Origin: PVC group bacterium
Lineage (GTDB): Bacteria > Omnitrophota > Gorgyraeia > B26-G9
Reading direction: 5' to 3'
NCBI GenBank assembly: GCA_024231215.1
Contig: JAAEQR010000206.1
Span: 3,112-67,111 of the forward strand
DNA: 64,000 nucleotides
Under the pieces are notes generated by a model. It had not been told where the DNA came from. It worked only from the letters and a program-made list of their open reading frames with translations, and made no database searches. The translations under genes were made by a program, and so were the position numbers. Each line of letters starts with the position of its first letter. Position 1 is the stretch's first letter. Positions 19,751-30,356 of the stretch are shown here, piece after piece.

Positions 19751-21172
19751 ATGGATTTTAAATGTCATTGGTATTTTGGGGATGGAGAAGAAAGTACTGA
19801 GTATTCGCCTGTACATGTATATAAAATGGCAGGCGAGTACGATGTGTTACTTATTAGAACATTTACCAATGACCTTGTGGCGAGAAGTACATTTGTAATT
19901 TATGTGTATGCGTGGCAAGTGGGCTTAAGTCCCACTTATACTAATAAATGCATAAGGGATGCAATAAAGCTTATGCAGGGTACAAGTATGTGTGAATGGG
20001 GCAACCGGCATTGGTTATGGCCTGAAGCGCAAGTGGGTGCATGTAACGGATACAGAAAAAACAATGAAGTAGTATCTATTGTATTAGACACTTATTCGGG
20101 AAAGCATTACAGAATAGGCCAGCGAGACCAGTGGCAAGACAGGTTGGACAACCTAGGATATACAAAAGGTGGATTTGAAATACCTTGCAGATGGAAGATG
20201 CATGAATATACTGCACCACCTGGAGAGTATCAGGACGTAAGACAGGTTGAGGCTCATGCTTATTTAAGGCCGTTTTGGGAAGAAGACCGAGAAAAAGAAG
20301 GGCATAATCCAGAAACAGGGTATAGAGTTGATTTTAAGCTAACAGCGAGGATGTATAAAGACGGCAACTTGGATATGGAAACAGAAACAAAAGATGTGCC
20401 TATGTTAGCTGATATAACCTACCCAAAAGAAATTGTAGGACCCAGGATTCAAGCTGAGTTTGAAACAAGCACATCAAGTTTTAGGTGTGTAGGTGTTCAA
20501 CAGCAGATTGAAAGCAGGGACAAAAAAAGAGGGCCATTATTAAACACTAAAAATGAAACAATATGGGCAAGAGAGTTTTCAAGACTTAATTTTTGGTTGT
20601 CGAGAAATAGTGTAAATCCATTAATTAACAGAGCAAATGCAATAGAGGTTGCTGGCTCATTTAATAGTTTGATAACGGGTGCTGATAGTGTCTCTGATTC
20701 TGCGTTATTGTTTGGGGCTAATGATGGGCTGTCTATAAACTTTGATGCAATTAACAACAACCATGTGTTGAGTTGGTGGAGTAGTCGAATTACTGTTGAT
20801 TCTGTTGTTTGGAATTTTGGCACTGGACATACCATATCCTTAGTTTTTGGTAACGGATATGAGTTGGTTTTGAACAATGGCAGTGAATCAACTACAATTC
20901 CACTAGAGTATGACGGCAGAGATTGGATTTTAATAGCTATAAAAATGTATAGTGATAGCGTAAGGGTTTACGCAAACAAAGAAGATTATGGAATAAAAAA
21001 TATAAATTTTAGAAACTACAGTGGCTTAACAAGAATAATGAATAATACAGCAGGTGGGTTATTTGATGTGAGAAGAACCTCAAGAGATGTATCAAAAGAG
21101 GCATTGAATTACTACTATGATTGTGTTGCAAGAGATAATGGTGTAACCGGTTTTTTACCGACTATGAGATAA
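19751..21172 (+). CDS. Structural protein: C-terminal half of a PKD domain, nozzle-like middle, LamG/ConA-like C-terminus
   Basis: HWYFGDGEESTEYSPVHVYKMAGEYDV; DGRDWILIAI...VRVYAN...DVR. Confidence 0.62.
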   Translation: MDFKCHWYFGDGEESTEYSPVHVYKMAGEYDVLLIRTFTNDLVARSTFVIYVYAWQVGLSPTYTNKCIRDAIKLMQGTSMCEWGNRHWLWPEAQVGACNGYRKNNEVVSIVLDTYSGKHYRIGQRDQWQDRLDNLGYTKGGFEIPCRWKMHEYTAPPGEYQDVRQVEAHAYLRPFWEEDREKEGHNPETGYRVDFKLTARMYKDGNLDMETETKDVPMLADITYPKEIVGPRIQAEFETSTSSFRCVGVQQQIESRDKKRGPLLNTKNETIWAREFSRLNFWLSRNSVNPLINRANAIEVAGSFNSLITGADSVSDSALLFGANDGLSINFDAINNNHVLSWWSSRITVDSVVWNFGTGHTISLVFGNGYELVLNNGSESTTIPLEYDGRDWILIAIKMYSDSVRVYANKEDYGIKNINFRNYSGLTRIMNNTAGGLFDVRRTSRDVSKEALNYYYDCVARDNGVTGFLPTMR

Positions 21173-21173
21173 T

Positions 21174-24100
21174 ATGTATAGATCAGAATTACAAGTACAA
21201 AACACGCCCAGGCTACCTGATCCTAATATGATCGAGAGGCAAGGTGATTTATACAAAACTATTCGAGAAATTGCTACAGCTACCAAACAATTGTGGCGCT
21301 CAAAAACTAATATTGATAATAGGCTAAAAGTACTTGAAGAAGTCGGTAAGCGGCACTGGTTTCACAATATTGAAATTTACAACGACAACAAAAGCCTTAT
21401 TCTTCCGGTAACATTTCAGCAAGACGGCGATGGTGATACCGGTATGTGTATGACGGTTAAGGATACACTATCTTTTGGGCTTGGCATAGACCAAAGCAAT
21501 GAAGTGTTTAAGATTTCCCCTGAGTGTCCGCTAACAGATGATTATTATTTTGCGATGAATTCGAATGGTCAAATAAGAGTAAATGAAGGTGTTTACATAG
21601 ATGATTTTTCAGATGATGATACCTTTGCAGATTTAAGCGCAACGGCATTAGTGACCGAAAGAGCTATTGGGGCTTATGTGGCAGCGGTTACTTATTGGGA
21701 TAGGAATGCGGTTTTAGGCTATCTTTATCCGAGAACAATAACGGACAGTGTAGGGATTGGAACTATACAAGAGCCAGAATCGATGTTGCAGGTTGTAGGT
21801 GACATTACGCAGCCAACCGGCCAGAGCATTATTAGGCAAGTGCTACCGGGAAGTAAGCAAGTTTTTGCCGGAAACAATGGGTTTGGTCAGGGGCTTTTGG
21901 CGAGAAATATATGGATGACACCTGTAACAGATTCTTATACTTGTGGAAACGACACATTGTCCGGCGGTTGTTTTGATGGTGAACATATTTGGATGGCCCC
22001 TTCTGATTCTGTCAATATTTTAAGGGTAAACCCGGCAGATGGATCTATAACAGAATATGTACACGGAAAAGGTGTCTTAGCATTTAATGGCGCTGTTTGG
22101 GATGGCACCTATGTTTGGTTTGTCCCTTTTAACTCTGATGACATTATAAGGTTAGACCCAAACAATCCCGCCGCATTTGATAGCTACGCACACGGAAAAG
22201 GAAACGCAGCTTTTTTTGGAGGCACGTTTGATGGTACACATGTATGGATGGCACCTGTAGACTCTACCGATATTATAAGAGTTACTCCAGCAACTGGAGC
22301 AATTACTTCGTATGCACACACTTATGGGGGCGATGCTTTTAGGGGCGCGGTATGGGATGGCGTTATGATTTGGCTTATCCCAAATGATTCAGCAGATATT
22401 GTTGGGTTTGAACCTGCAACACCAGCCAACAGGACTGAATATGCACATGGTTATGGTGCTAATAGTGTATTTGCTGGAGGTGTTTTTGATGGAGTTGATT
22501 TATGGTTAATTCCTCGTGAATCAGATTATATAGTGCAGTTTGATGTGACGAATGTAGCTGTTTTGAATGCGTATGCACATGGCTATGGTGCAAATGCCTT
22601 TTCCGGCGGATGTTTTGACGGTGAACATATTTGGTTGTCGCCACACACTGCAACTGATTATGTTAAGGTTAATCCATTAAATGGTGATATAACAGGCTAT
22701 GCACATGGAAAGGGAGCGGTTGCTTTTTATGGCGCTATTTGGGACGGCACATATGTTTGGTTTGTACCTTATCAATCTGCAGATATTGTAAGGCTAAGGC
22801 CACAGGAATTTGGAAGGGACTCAATTTACACAGGCGATACTCTTAATGTGGGTGGAACCGGATACTTTGCAACTGATTTAGGAGTGGGGACTATAGCACC
22901 TGTTTCATTGCTTGAAATCTGGGATGACGATGCACACCCGATATTAAGCATAACCGCAGACCATGCAAACGCATATGACCCACAGATACAGTTTCGCACG
23001 GATACTCCAGACACGGTTAAATTTTCTATAGGTGTTGATGCTGCTGATGATAGCCTTAAGATATTCTCCGGTACTGGAATTGGCGGCACAGATGAGGTTG
23101 TGATTGACACAGTTGGAAGATTATCTGTAACAACACAGACAGCGGGTTATCCTCCTATAAAAGCGGTTCGGGAAACATCTGATGTTACTGGGGCACGAGG
23201 ACTTGTGCAATTTATGAATCGAACAGACCAAAATATGATTGATGGTTATGGTGCTAGAATTGACTTCGGGATTGAGGATAATACCTCTGGTGAGTTTAAT
23301 ATTGGACACATAGGAGTAGCAAGGGAGGGGCATGACCGTTCGGGAAAAATGATAATTTGGTCAGAAAATGCAGGTGTTGAAAATGTTGGTTGGTGTTTAA
23401 CGCCAGTTAATTACGCGGGTATCAACACGGCGAACCCTGTGTCTATACTTGAGTTGTGGCATGACAGCGAGCACCCGATATTAAGTATAACGGCTGACCA
23501 TGCATCAAACTTCGATCCACAGATACAGTTTCGCACTGATACGCCTGACACAGTCAAATTTTCAATGGGAGTTGATGCAGCCAATGACTTTTTTAAGATT
23601 TACTCTGGTACTGGTGTTGGTGGAACCACCGAATTCGTTATTGATACAACTGGACAATTAGCATTAGGAATAGGAGTTCCAACAACTAATTTTCACATAT
23701 ACGAAAGCAATGTAGAAACTGAGCCAGCATTTAGAATAGAGCAGGGCGGTGCAGGAGATGCAAGTATTGAATTTGACACTCCTGGAGATGAAGCCGCTTT
23801 AAAATATGTAATAGGAATAGATGATAGCGCAGAAGTTTTTAAGATATCCGCAAATGTGGATGCTTTAGGTGCTGAGACTTCATTTTGTATGGACATTGCG
23901 GGGCGTGTGGGGTTAGGAGTGATTCCTTCTGCTGATGTGTTAGAGGTAAATGGAAATATCGCACATATAGCAGACAATCAATACAATTACTTTGGTGCTG
24001 ATAATGATGCGCGCATTACTTATGATGGCACTGACTTGATTATTGACCCGGATATAGTTGGTAGTGGAATAGTTAGGATAGGTGCTACAGGTGACAATAG

Positions 24101-25259
24101 ATTACACGCTAGGTTTCTTGGTTTAGGTACAGTGCCTGCAACATATGTTTTTGTAAGAATATTAGATGCCGCGGTAGTTACAAACGCCTCCGTTTTTGGT
24201 GTTCGCTCAACCATAACAAAGACAGCGGGGGCAACAAATGCAGGTGATAAAATGTATGGGTACGATAACCAAATAATATTAAACCAAGCTGGCGGAGTTG
24301 TTGGCTCTATATATGGAGCGCGAAATTTTCCTCAATTACTAGATGGAACAACCAATAATATGTGGGGTGCCGATTACCAATTGACAGTAAACGGAACTGT
24401 TAATACATCAATATTTGGTGTGCGAGCTTTTCTCAACATAAATGCCCCGGCAACGGTAAATGATTGCTACGCTTTATATGCTTATGCAGATAATGATGCA
24501 GGCACGAGAAACGGAACCACATATATGGTATACCTAAATGAAAATAGCAATGTAGATTATGGGATATACCAAAGTGGCACAGCAATAAATTTTTTTGGTG
24601 GTGCAATACAAATTGATTCAGACACAAACGGTCTTATTCTGGGCGCATCACAAGATGTCAGCGCCGTGTTTAATGGCACTGACATGGTTCTTGATTATGA
24701 TTTACTCAATGCCGGAACTACTGATTTTAGAATACAAGAAGATGGTGTTGACATGTTTGTTATCACCACAGGCGGAGTAGTGTCCACCAATACCAATATT
24801 AATTGCGGTGGCATGGTTCGCATGAATAACATTTGGCATGCATACGGAGGTTTTGAGGATGAGGCTGAAACAATTGCTTGTGGTGTTGGTGATTGGAATC
24901 ATATTACTAATGGTGCAAATGATTTATGGAATTTAGATGAAGCCGATAATATAACGGAGGTAGCAGATGTATTTACACTTGTGGACACCGGTGATTACAA
25001 TGGCGTATTATCTTTAAGTATATCAGCCTTAAATGGTAAAGATTTTCATGTAAGGGTTTACAACAATACACAGGCAAGGGTTGAAGGTAGACCGATTGGG
25101 ATATCTACAACAGGCGCAAACAATGAAATGAATATATGTGTACCTATTTATATAGAGGGTACGGCTGGAGATGCTATACAGTTTGAGATAATGAGCGCGG
25201 ATGGCACTGATCCGGTAGTAGATGACGCAATATTTTGGTTGGCTTATTTACATGACTAA
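21174..25259 (+). CDS. Large tail fibre/receptor-binding protein with a 7-repeat beta-propeller
   Basis: Seven ~42-aa G-x2-(F/W)DG-x2-W-x2-P repeats; VGIGT motifs; a duplicated ~75-aa module. Confidence 0.78.
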   Translation: MYRSELQVQNTPRLPDPNMIERQGDLYKTIREIATATKQLWRSKTNIDNRLKVLEEVGKRHWFHNIEIYNDNKSLILPVTFQQDGDGDTGMCMTVKDTLSFGLGIDQSNEVFKISPECPLTDDYYFAMNSNGQIRVNEGVYIDDFSDDDTFADLSATALVTERAIGAYVAAVTYWDRNAVLGYLYPRTITDSVGIGTIQEPESMLQVVGDITQPTGQSIIRQVLPGSKQVFAGNNGFGQGLLARNIWMTPVTDSYTCGNDTLSGGCFDGEHIWMAPSDSVNILRVNPADGSITEYVHGKGVLAFNGAVWDGTYVWFVPFNSDDIIRLDPNNPAAFDSYAHGKGNAAFFGGTFDGTHVWMAPVDSTDIIRVTPATGAITSYAHTYGGDAFRGAVWDGVMIWLIPNDSADIVGFEPATPANRTEYAHGYGANSVFAGGVFDGVDLWLIPRESDYIVQFDVTNVAVLNAYAHGYGANAFSGGCFDGEHIWLSPHTATDYVKVNPLNGDITGYAHGKGAVAFYGAIWDGTYVWFVPYQSADIVRLRPQEFGRDSIYTGDTLNVGGTGYFATDLGVGTIAPVSLLEIWDDDAHPILSITADHANAYDPQIQFRTDTPDTVKFSIGVDAADDSLKIFSGTGIGGTDEVVIDTVGRLSVTTQTAGYPPIKAVRETSDVTGARGLVQFMNRTDQNMIDGYGARIDFGIEDNTSGEFNIGHIGVAREGHDRSGKMIIWSENAGVENVGWCLTPVNYAGINTANPVSILELWHDSEHPILSITADHASNFDPQIQFRTDTPDTVKFSMGVDAANDFFKIYSGTGVGGTTEFVIDTTGQLALGIGVPTTNFHIYESNVETEPAFRIEQGGAGDASIEFDTPGDEAALKYVIGIDDSAEVFKISANVDALGAETSFCMDIAGRVGLGVIPSADVLEVNGNIAHIADNQYNYFGADNDARITYDGTDLIIDPDIVGSGIVRIGATGDNRLHARFLGLGTVPATYVFVRILDAAVVTNASVFGVRSTITKTAGATNAGDKMYGYDNQIILNQAGGVVGSIYGARNFPQLLDGTTNNMWGADYQLTVNGTVNTSIFGVRAFLNINAPATVNDCYALYAYADNDAGTRNGTTYMVYLNENSNVDYGIYQSGTAINFFGGAIQIDSDTNGLILGASQDVSAVFNGTDMVLDYDLLNAGTTDFRIQEDGVDMFVITTGGVVSTNTNINCGGMVRMNNIWHAYGGFEDEAETIACGVGDWNHITNGANDLWNLDEADNITEVADVFTLVDTGDYNGVLSLSISALNGKDFHVRVYNNTQARVEGRPIGISTTGANNEMNICVPIYIEGTAGDAIQFEIMSADGTDPVVDDAIFWLAYLHD

Positions 25260-25268
25260 AGGAATAAA

Positions 25269-25577
25269 ATGTCAAAAAGATATGATTTGGACAGAATAGA
25301 TAAATTGTTTGGTAGAATAATATTTAATCATGATGAAATTGATGAAGATGGAAATGTAGTATACTATATAATTAGAGTGGTGTTTTTCGGCCACGCGGTT
25401 AATGGAGGAGCTAAAAAAGATGGCGTTGCGGGGATAAATGATGGTTCACCAAGTACCGTAAAATTCACAGGCAAACAAATATACCAAAGGCTAAAACAAA
25501 TTATGCCGCTGTCAGTTGCAAACTTATTAAAAGAATTGTATTTGGATTTAATTGATGATGATATAAGCGAAGAATAA
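25269..25577 (+). CDS. Hypothetical protein
   Basis: AAGGA SD; in operon. Confidence 0.6.
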   Translation: MSKRYDLDRIDKLFGRIIFNHDEIDEDGNVVYYIIRVVFFGHAVNGGAKKDGVAGINDGSPSTVKFTGKQIYQRLKQIMPLSVANLLKELYLDLIDDDISEE

Positions 25578-25597
25578 TTACAAAAAGGAGGCATTAA

Positions 25598-25912
25598 ATG
25601 CCATCAGCAAGAAGAAGTGTAAGGATTACAGATGATTGGATGGGAGCTAATAAAACAGGGACATTTAATGTCGCGCCCCTTCCAAAGGGTGGTAGGGTTT
25701 CTCATAACAAAGAAAATTTCATACCGCAATTTGTATTAATTAGCAGGGCAACAGGTGGGGGAAATTACGCAGAAATAGATGGTGTGTTGTTTGGTGAAAA
25801 CGAAACAGATTACAGGGTGTACAGGCTTGCGGTAGGTGTAATACACGAAATTGGTTTTAGAGCAATTAGAATACAAAATACAAGCGGAAGAGAAATAACG
25901 ATATTCGAATAA
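25598..25912 (+). CDS. Hypothetical protein
   Basis: AAGGAGG SD; in operon. Confidence 0.6.
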   Translation: MPSARRSVRITDDWMGANKTGTFNVAPLPKGGRVSHNKENFIPQFVLISRATGGGNYAEIDGVLFGENETDYRVYRLAVGVIHEIGFRAIRIQNTSGREITIFE

Positions 25913-25925
25913 AGGACGATAAAAA

Positions 25926-28628
25926 ATGGCTAATTTTGACTGGCTAAAAGAGAAGAAAAGACAGGCAAAACAACAAAAATTGCAGCAGCAACCACAACAT
26001 AGTTTTGGTGCACCGGTTGGGGCACGCTATGGTAATGATACCGGTTATGGAAATGATGGTAGATTACAAACAAATATGCCTGTTATGATGGTTCGGACAC
26101 AGCAAGGGCCTAGAATGATTCATGAGGGTGAGCAGTTTAGGCCCGGTGCTAATGGTGGCGTGAATGTTATACCTCAACAGCAGTTATTGGCAGAGGAAAG
26201 ACAACACAATATACCAGGGTTTCAGACCGGTGGAAATTTTATTCCTCCAGGAGGTGGGCGTGACACCTTTGATCTTAATAAGCAACAAAAAACGCCATTG
26301 ATAGGGCGCCCTGATGATGTTAATCAGAATAAAACGCAGTTGATTGGAAGGCCGGATGACATTACAAGGCCAACACAACCACCCGTAGTTGGTGGCCCAT
26401 CACAAAGAGTGAATCAAGCAATTAGGCCAAATTTAGTACAGCCAAATATTCAGAACATAACAGGCCCAGGGCAAAAAACGCAACCAGGAATTACAGCACC
26501 TAATATTATTGACCCAATGACCGGGCAAACAATTAAAAAGGCGGGACAGGCCAGCTTTGGAACAACAACGCCTCCAGGGGCAAGAAGAGCGGAGTTTCAA
26601 TCCGTGCAACCGGAAGCAAGAAAAACAGAATTCCAATCTGTACAACCTGAGGCAAGGAAAGGCGAATTTGAATTCACTCCATTTGTTCCACCAGGAGCAC
26701 GGAGAGGCGAGTTTGAATCTACTCCATTTGTGCCACCAGAAGAGCAGCCTGAGCAGGTGTCTCCTGTAACTCCTACACCAGACGAAAGCCAGTTCAGCGA
26801 TTCAGTAAAATTTGCTTTAGCAGAATTAAGAAGGTTGTATGAAGGGGGAAGCCCCGCACAAAGAGCAGCATATGAGAAAAGAATAAATGATTTGAAGGCT
26901 ACACAAGCAACGGGCAGAAGAGTGGCCGCACAACAAGCCGCACAAGCGGGAATAGGCGGTGTTGAAGCATATACAAGAGAATTAGTAGCTGCAAGAGATG
27001 CGGGGTCACAATTAGCTGAGGCAACCGCCCAAATGGGTATTGCTGATATGCAGGTAAGAGAAAACGCATTACAGACTATGGCACAAATTGGATTGCAAGG
27101 GCAACAAATAGAACAGGCCGCTGACCAATGGCAGCAGCAATTTGATTTTGCAAAACAAAAATACGGTGATGTAGAAGGCCAGAGAATATTTGCTGATATA
27201 AATGCTGGTATGACATTTGACCAAATACAAGCAAAATATCCGAATGTGACACAAGAAGATTATGAGAGCATGCAGAATGCTACACCAAATAGCCAATGGG
27301 AAAGAGCTTTCGGGCTTTCCAAAGAGCAATGGGAAAAACAATTCGGCCTCTCTAAGGAACAGTGGGAAAAGCAATTTGGTTTTGGAAAAGAACAATTTGA
27401 GAAAACCCTTGAACTTCAAAGGGATAAGTTTGGCCTTAGCAAAGAGCAGTGGGAGGAAGCTAAGAAAAACTATGACTTTGATAAAAAGCTTAGTGCAATC
27501 AATACTCTTATGGCTCAGGGTGGTAAAGAGAATATTAAAGAGGCGTCTAAGCTGTTTAAGGACATGTTTGGCCAGGACATTGACTTCAGCAATGCAATAA
27601 ACGAAGGGAATGTACAGAATTTCAATGATGGCATGGCGCAAATGAGTAGCTATCTTGCCTCCGGTATGGACTGGAAGACAGCTAAGAAGGCTATGGAGCA
27701 AGATGGTACATTTGAAAAGCTTGGTATGTTGAAATCCGACATCAAGAAAATGTACCAGGGTATGGAATTACAATCTAATCCTATTTACCAAGCAGATAAA
27801 ATGTATCAGGACCTTGTTGATAATGGCTTTATGACCGAGAAAGAAAAAGAAGGCGCTATGGATGTAATAATGTTTATGACGAACAATCCAGAAGGTTTAG
27901 ATGTTGGTGATAAATATGTTGTTAAGGATGAAAACGGAAAAGTCCAGGGTGTTTTTGAAACTGAAGATGAAGCCAATGCACTGACAAAAAAGAACAAAAA
28001 ATGGGGTACGGAGTTCATGGAAGGCTATATTCAGTTAGCTGATCCGGGGACTGGTACTACTGGTGATACAGGGACTACCGGGGGTGGTCAAGTAGATGAA
28101 AACCAGCAATATGCAGCCTTTGAAGGCGAGTTGCCTGACCCGGATCTAATCGGGGTAGTAACACAAGCCGCATGGGTTGCAGCAGGTAAGCCCAAAACTT
28201 GGAAAGAATTTCAGAGCGCTAATATTTTGGGTAACATAGATAGCCTTCTAGATAAAGATGGAAATGTAATCACAAAAGAAAGCATTGATAAAGTTTTTGA
28301 TGCTATTCAGATGCAAAACACCCAGGCAATAAATAACTTTAAAATGGATAGTAAATTTGAAAGCACTATAGAAGATATTGAAGTTAACAACGAAAGAATA
28401 GAAGGTGATGAAGCAAAAAAAATACGAAAAAAACTTCAAAAAAACGTAGGGAAAATATTTCATTTTCCAGGAAACGAATACAATCCAGAGGGTGACTATG
28501 TAATAAAAGATGTTGTCAAAAGAGTTGTAAAAAAACAAGGTGGCGGCACATACACCTATACAATTGTTGAGGCAATGAATGTAGACACGAGAAAGATTGA
28601 AAAAATAGGCTTACCAGTAGAATATTAA
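25926..28628 (+). CDS. Putative internal virion/DNA ejection protein
   Basis: Q/P/G-rich low complexity, A/Q-rich helices, 11-aa QWEKQFGLSKE repeats; position. Confidence 0.6.
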   Translation: MANFDWLKEKKRQAKQQKLQQQPQHSFGAPVGARYGNDTGYGNDGRLQTNMPVMMVRTQQGPRMIHEGEQFRPGANGGVNVIPQQQLLAEERQHNIPGFQTGGNFIPPGGGRDTFDLNKQQKTPLIGRPDDVNQNKTQLIGRPDDITRPTQPPVVGGPSQRVNQAIRPNLVQPNIQNITGPGQKTQPGITAPNIIDPMTGQTIKKAGQASFGTTTPPGARRAEFQSVQPEARKTEFQSVQPEARKGEFEFTPFVPPGARRGEFESTPFVPPEEQPEQVSPVTPTPDESQFSDSVKFALAELRRLYEGGSPAQRAAYEKRINDLKATQATGRRVAAQQAAQAGIGGVEAYTRELVAARDAGSQLAEATAQMGIADMQVRENALQTMAQIGLQGQQIEQAADQWQQQFDFAKQKYGDVEGQRIFADINAGMTFDQIQAKYPNVTQEDYESMQNATPNSQWERAFGLSKEQWEKQFGLSKEQWEKQFGFGKEQFEKTLELQRDKFGLSKEQWEEAKKNYDFDKKLSAINTLMAQGGKENIKEASKLFKDMFGQDIDFSNAINEGNVQNFNDGMAQMSSYLASGMDWKTAKKAMEQDGTFEKLGMLKSDIKKMYQGMELQSNPIYQADKMYQDLVDNGFMTEKEKEGAMDVIMFMTNNPEGLDVGDKYVVKDENGKVQGVFETEDEANALTKKNKKWGTEFMEGYIQLADPGTGTTGDTGTTGGGQVDENQQYAAFEGELPDPDLIGVVTQAAWVAAGKPKTWKEFQSANILGNIDSLLDKDGNVITKESIDKVFDAIQMQNTQAINNFKMDSKFESTIEDIEVNNERIEGDEAKKIRKKLQKNVGKIFHFPGNEYNPEGDYVIKDVVKRVVKKQGGGTYTYTIVEAMNVDTRKIEKIGLPVEY

Positions 28629-28638
28629 GGAGGTTTGA

Positions 28639-29010
28639 ATGGGTACAATAATAGCTGCAATAATAGCAGGGGCGGTAATGATTGGTACCACAGTTGCAGG
28701 CGCAAAGGCACAAAAGGATTTGACTGAAGATGCAAACCAGAAGTCCTTGAGAATGTGGGAGCAACAAAGGGCGGATGAAAAAAAGATTAGAGAAGAAAAG
28801 GCTAGTTTGGCGAGATGGGACAAAAGGTTTGGGCAACAGCAATTTAGCTTTCAAAAAGAAGAGGCTAAAAAGAATCGCGCTGAACGAAAAGAAGCATCAG
28901 ATTATCAAAAAAGACAGCAGCAATTTGCTACGAGTTTAGGTATATTAAACTCAAATCAGCAAGCAAAGAACACATTTTTCAATATTTGGAATAGAAGGGC
29001 AGGGAAATAA
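28639..29010 (+). CDS. Putative small ejection protein
   Basis: Hydrophobic Gly/Ala N-terminus then a Q/K-rich helix, typical of podovirus core proteins. Confidence 0.55.
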   Translation: MGTIIAAIIAGAVMIGTTVAGAKAQKDLTEDANQKSLRMWEQQRADEKKIREEKASLARWDKRFGQQQFSFQKEEAKKNRAERKEASDYQKRQQQFATSLGILNSNQQAKNTFFNIWNRRAGK

Positions 29011-30356
29011 TGCCACAAATACCAACGTTGCGAGTGCCTGATATAGGCGGCGCAATACAAAGAAGTGGGCAAATAGCAGGCAATGTCATTAGTTCGATAC
29101 CGGGACTGAAACAACAGGCCGATGAACAAGAAAGGCAAAGGTCTTTGTTTGAGCAGGCAGCAAATGCGGCAAAACAGGACTGGCGACAAATGGAAACAGC
29201 TTACAAAGGAATTAAGGAGACCCTAACAGAACAATTGCAGCCATTGGTAGACCAAGGTTTAATGTCTGAGGAGGAAAGAGAGACAAGCTTAAAAAGGTTT
29301 CGGATGCCGTTAAGCGCTGACCAGAAAGACCCTGTTAAATATATGACCGAGTTAAATAGTGTAGTAAAAGAAATATCAGCAGATGCAAGTAGCCGAATAG
29401 AAAAAGGAAAACAGCAAAAGTCTCAGGGTCAGGCGAGTGAGTTTGTGGAAAGCAGAATTGCGGGAAGCCGAAGGAGGCCGGTTGTGGAACCAGTCGGCCC
29501 AGAGCAAGAAACCGGGAGGGGTTTTACTGAGCAAGATATACAATCTACGGGGTTTATGCGACCAGCAGTACCACCGGCACAATTCCAAGAGGATCTCACA
29601 GGAGGCACCCCAGAAGAGTTTACCCCTGGGCAACAAAAAATGGTAGCAGAAAGCCCGAAAACCCTTTCTTTGCCTACAAGGCTTGAAGACCAAAAAAGAA
29701 AAATGGAAGAAAGAAAACAAACAGATTTAGAGCGACATAGAAGAGTGATGGAGGGCAAAGGATATAGTGCCGACACAATGAAACAAAGCACTGCAAAATT
29801 TAAGATATTATTGGATGGCCGCGAAGACTCATCCGGCAAAGAAATACAATTGACTGACAAAAAACGGTCGGCGTTATCATTGTTAAACCGTGTACAAAAA
29901 GGCGAACAACTAAAGGAGCAAGAAATAGCTAAGGCAGAATTCTACGGAATAGACACACAATCTGCTTTAGAAGGTGGCCAAGAACTTGCGGTACAACTTA
30001 AAAATGTTATAAAGAAAATAGATGCGCAAATAAAAGCGCAGAACAAAATAAGCAAAGACATAGAAAATACTATTGTTGAAATTGCCGATGATCCAAACAT
30101 TGATTTACCTAACGCATTAATTCAAGGCCAGAAAACCGTATTTCCTGATCAACCGGAAAGGCAATTGTCTAGGCCTCCGGCTTTGGGTGGTACTGCTCAA
30201 ATAGGAAAAGGAGTTGCACCAGCGGTTGAAGCGCCAGGAGCAGCGACTGCACCAACAAGAGAAGAAATTATAAAAATATTAGAAGAAAAGGGTTTGAGTG
30301 CGCAGGAAATAAACGAGTATCTTTTTTATCGAGGCATGAAAGGCGGGGTAAGATAA
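29010..30356 (+). CDS. Putative ejection protein
   Basis: Q/E-rich helical protein; position. Confidence 0.55.
   Translation: MPQIPTLRVPDIGGAIQRSGQIAGNVISSIPGLKQQADEQERQRSLFEQAANAAKQDWRQMETAYKGIKETLTEQLQPLVDQGLMSEEERETSLKRFRMPLSADQKDPVKYMTELNSVVKEISADASSRIEKGKQQKSQGQASEFVESRIAGSRRRPVVEPVGPEQETGRGFTEQDIQSTGFMRPAVPPAQFQEDLTGGTPEEFTPGQQKMVAESPKTLSLPTRLEDQKRKMEERKQTDLERHRRVMEGKGYSADTMKQSTAKFKILLDGREDSSGKEIQLTDKKRSALSLLNRVQKGEQLKEQEIAKAEFYGIDTQSALEGGQELAVQLKNVIKKIDAQIKAQNKISKDIENTIVEIADDPNIDLPNALIQGQKTVFPDQPERQLSRPPALGGTAQIGKGVAPAVEAPGAATAPTREEIIKILEEKGLSAQEINEYLFYRGMKGGVR

Noticed and set aside
17813-25259. Diversity-generating retroelement suggested by duplicated fibre segments
   Set aside because: No reverse transcriptase; both copies are in-frame coding and differences are not confined to adenines
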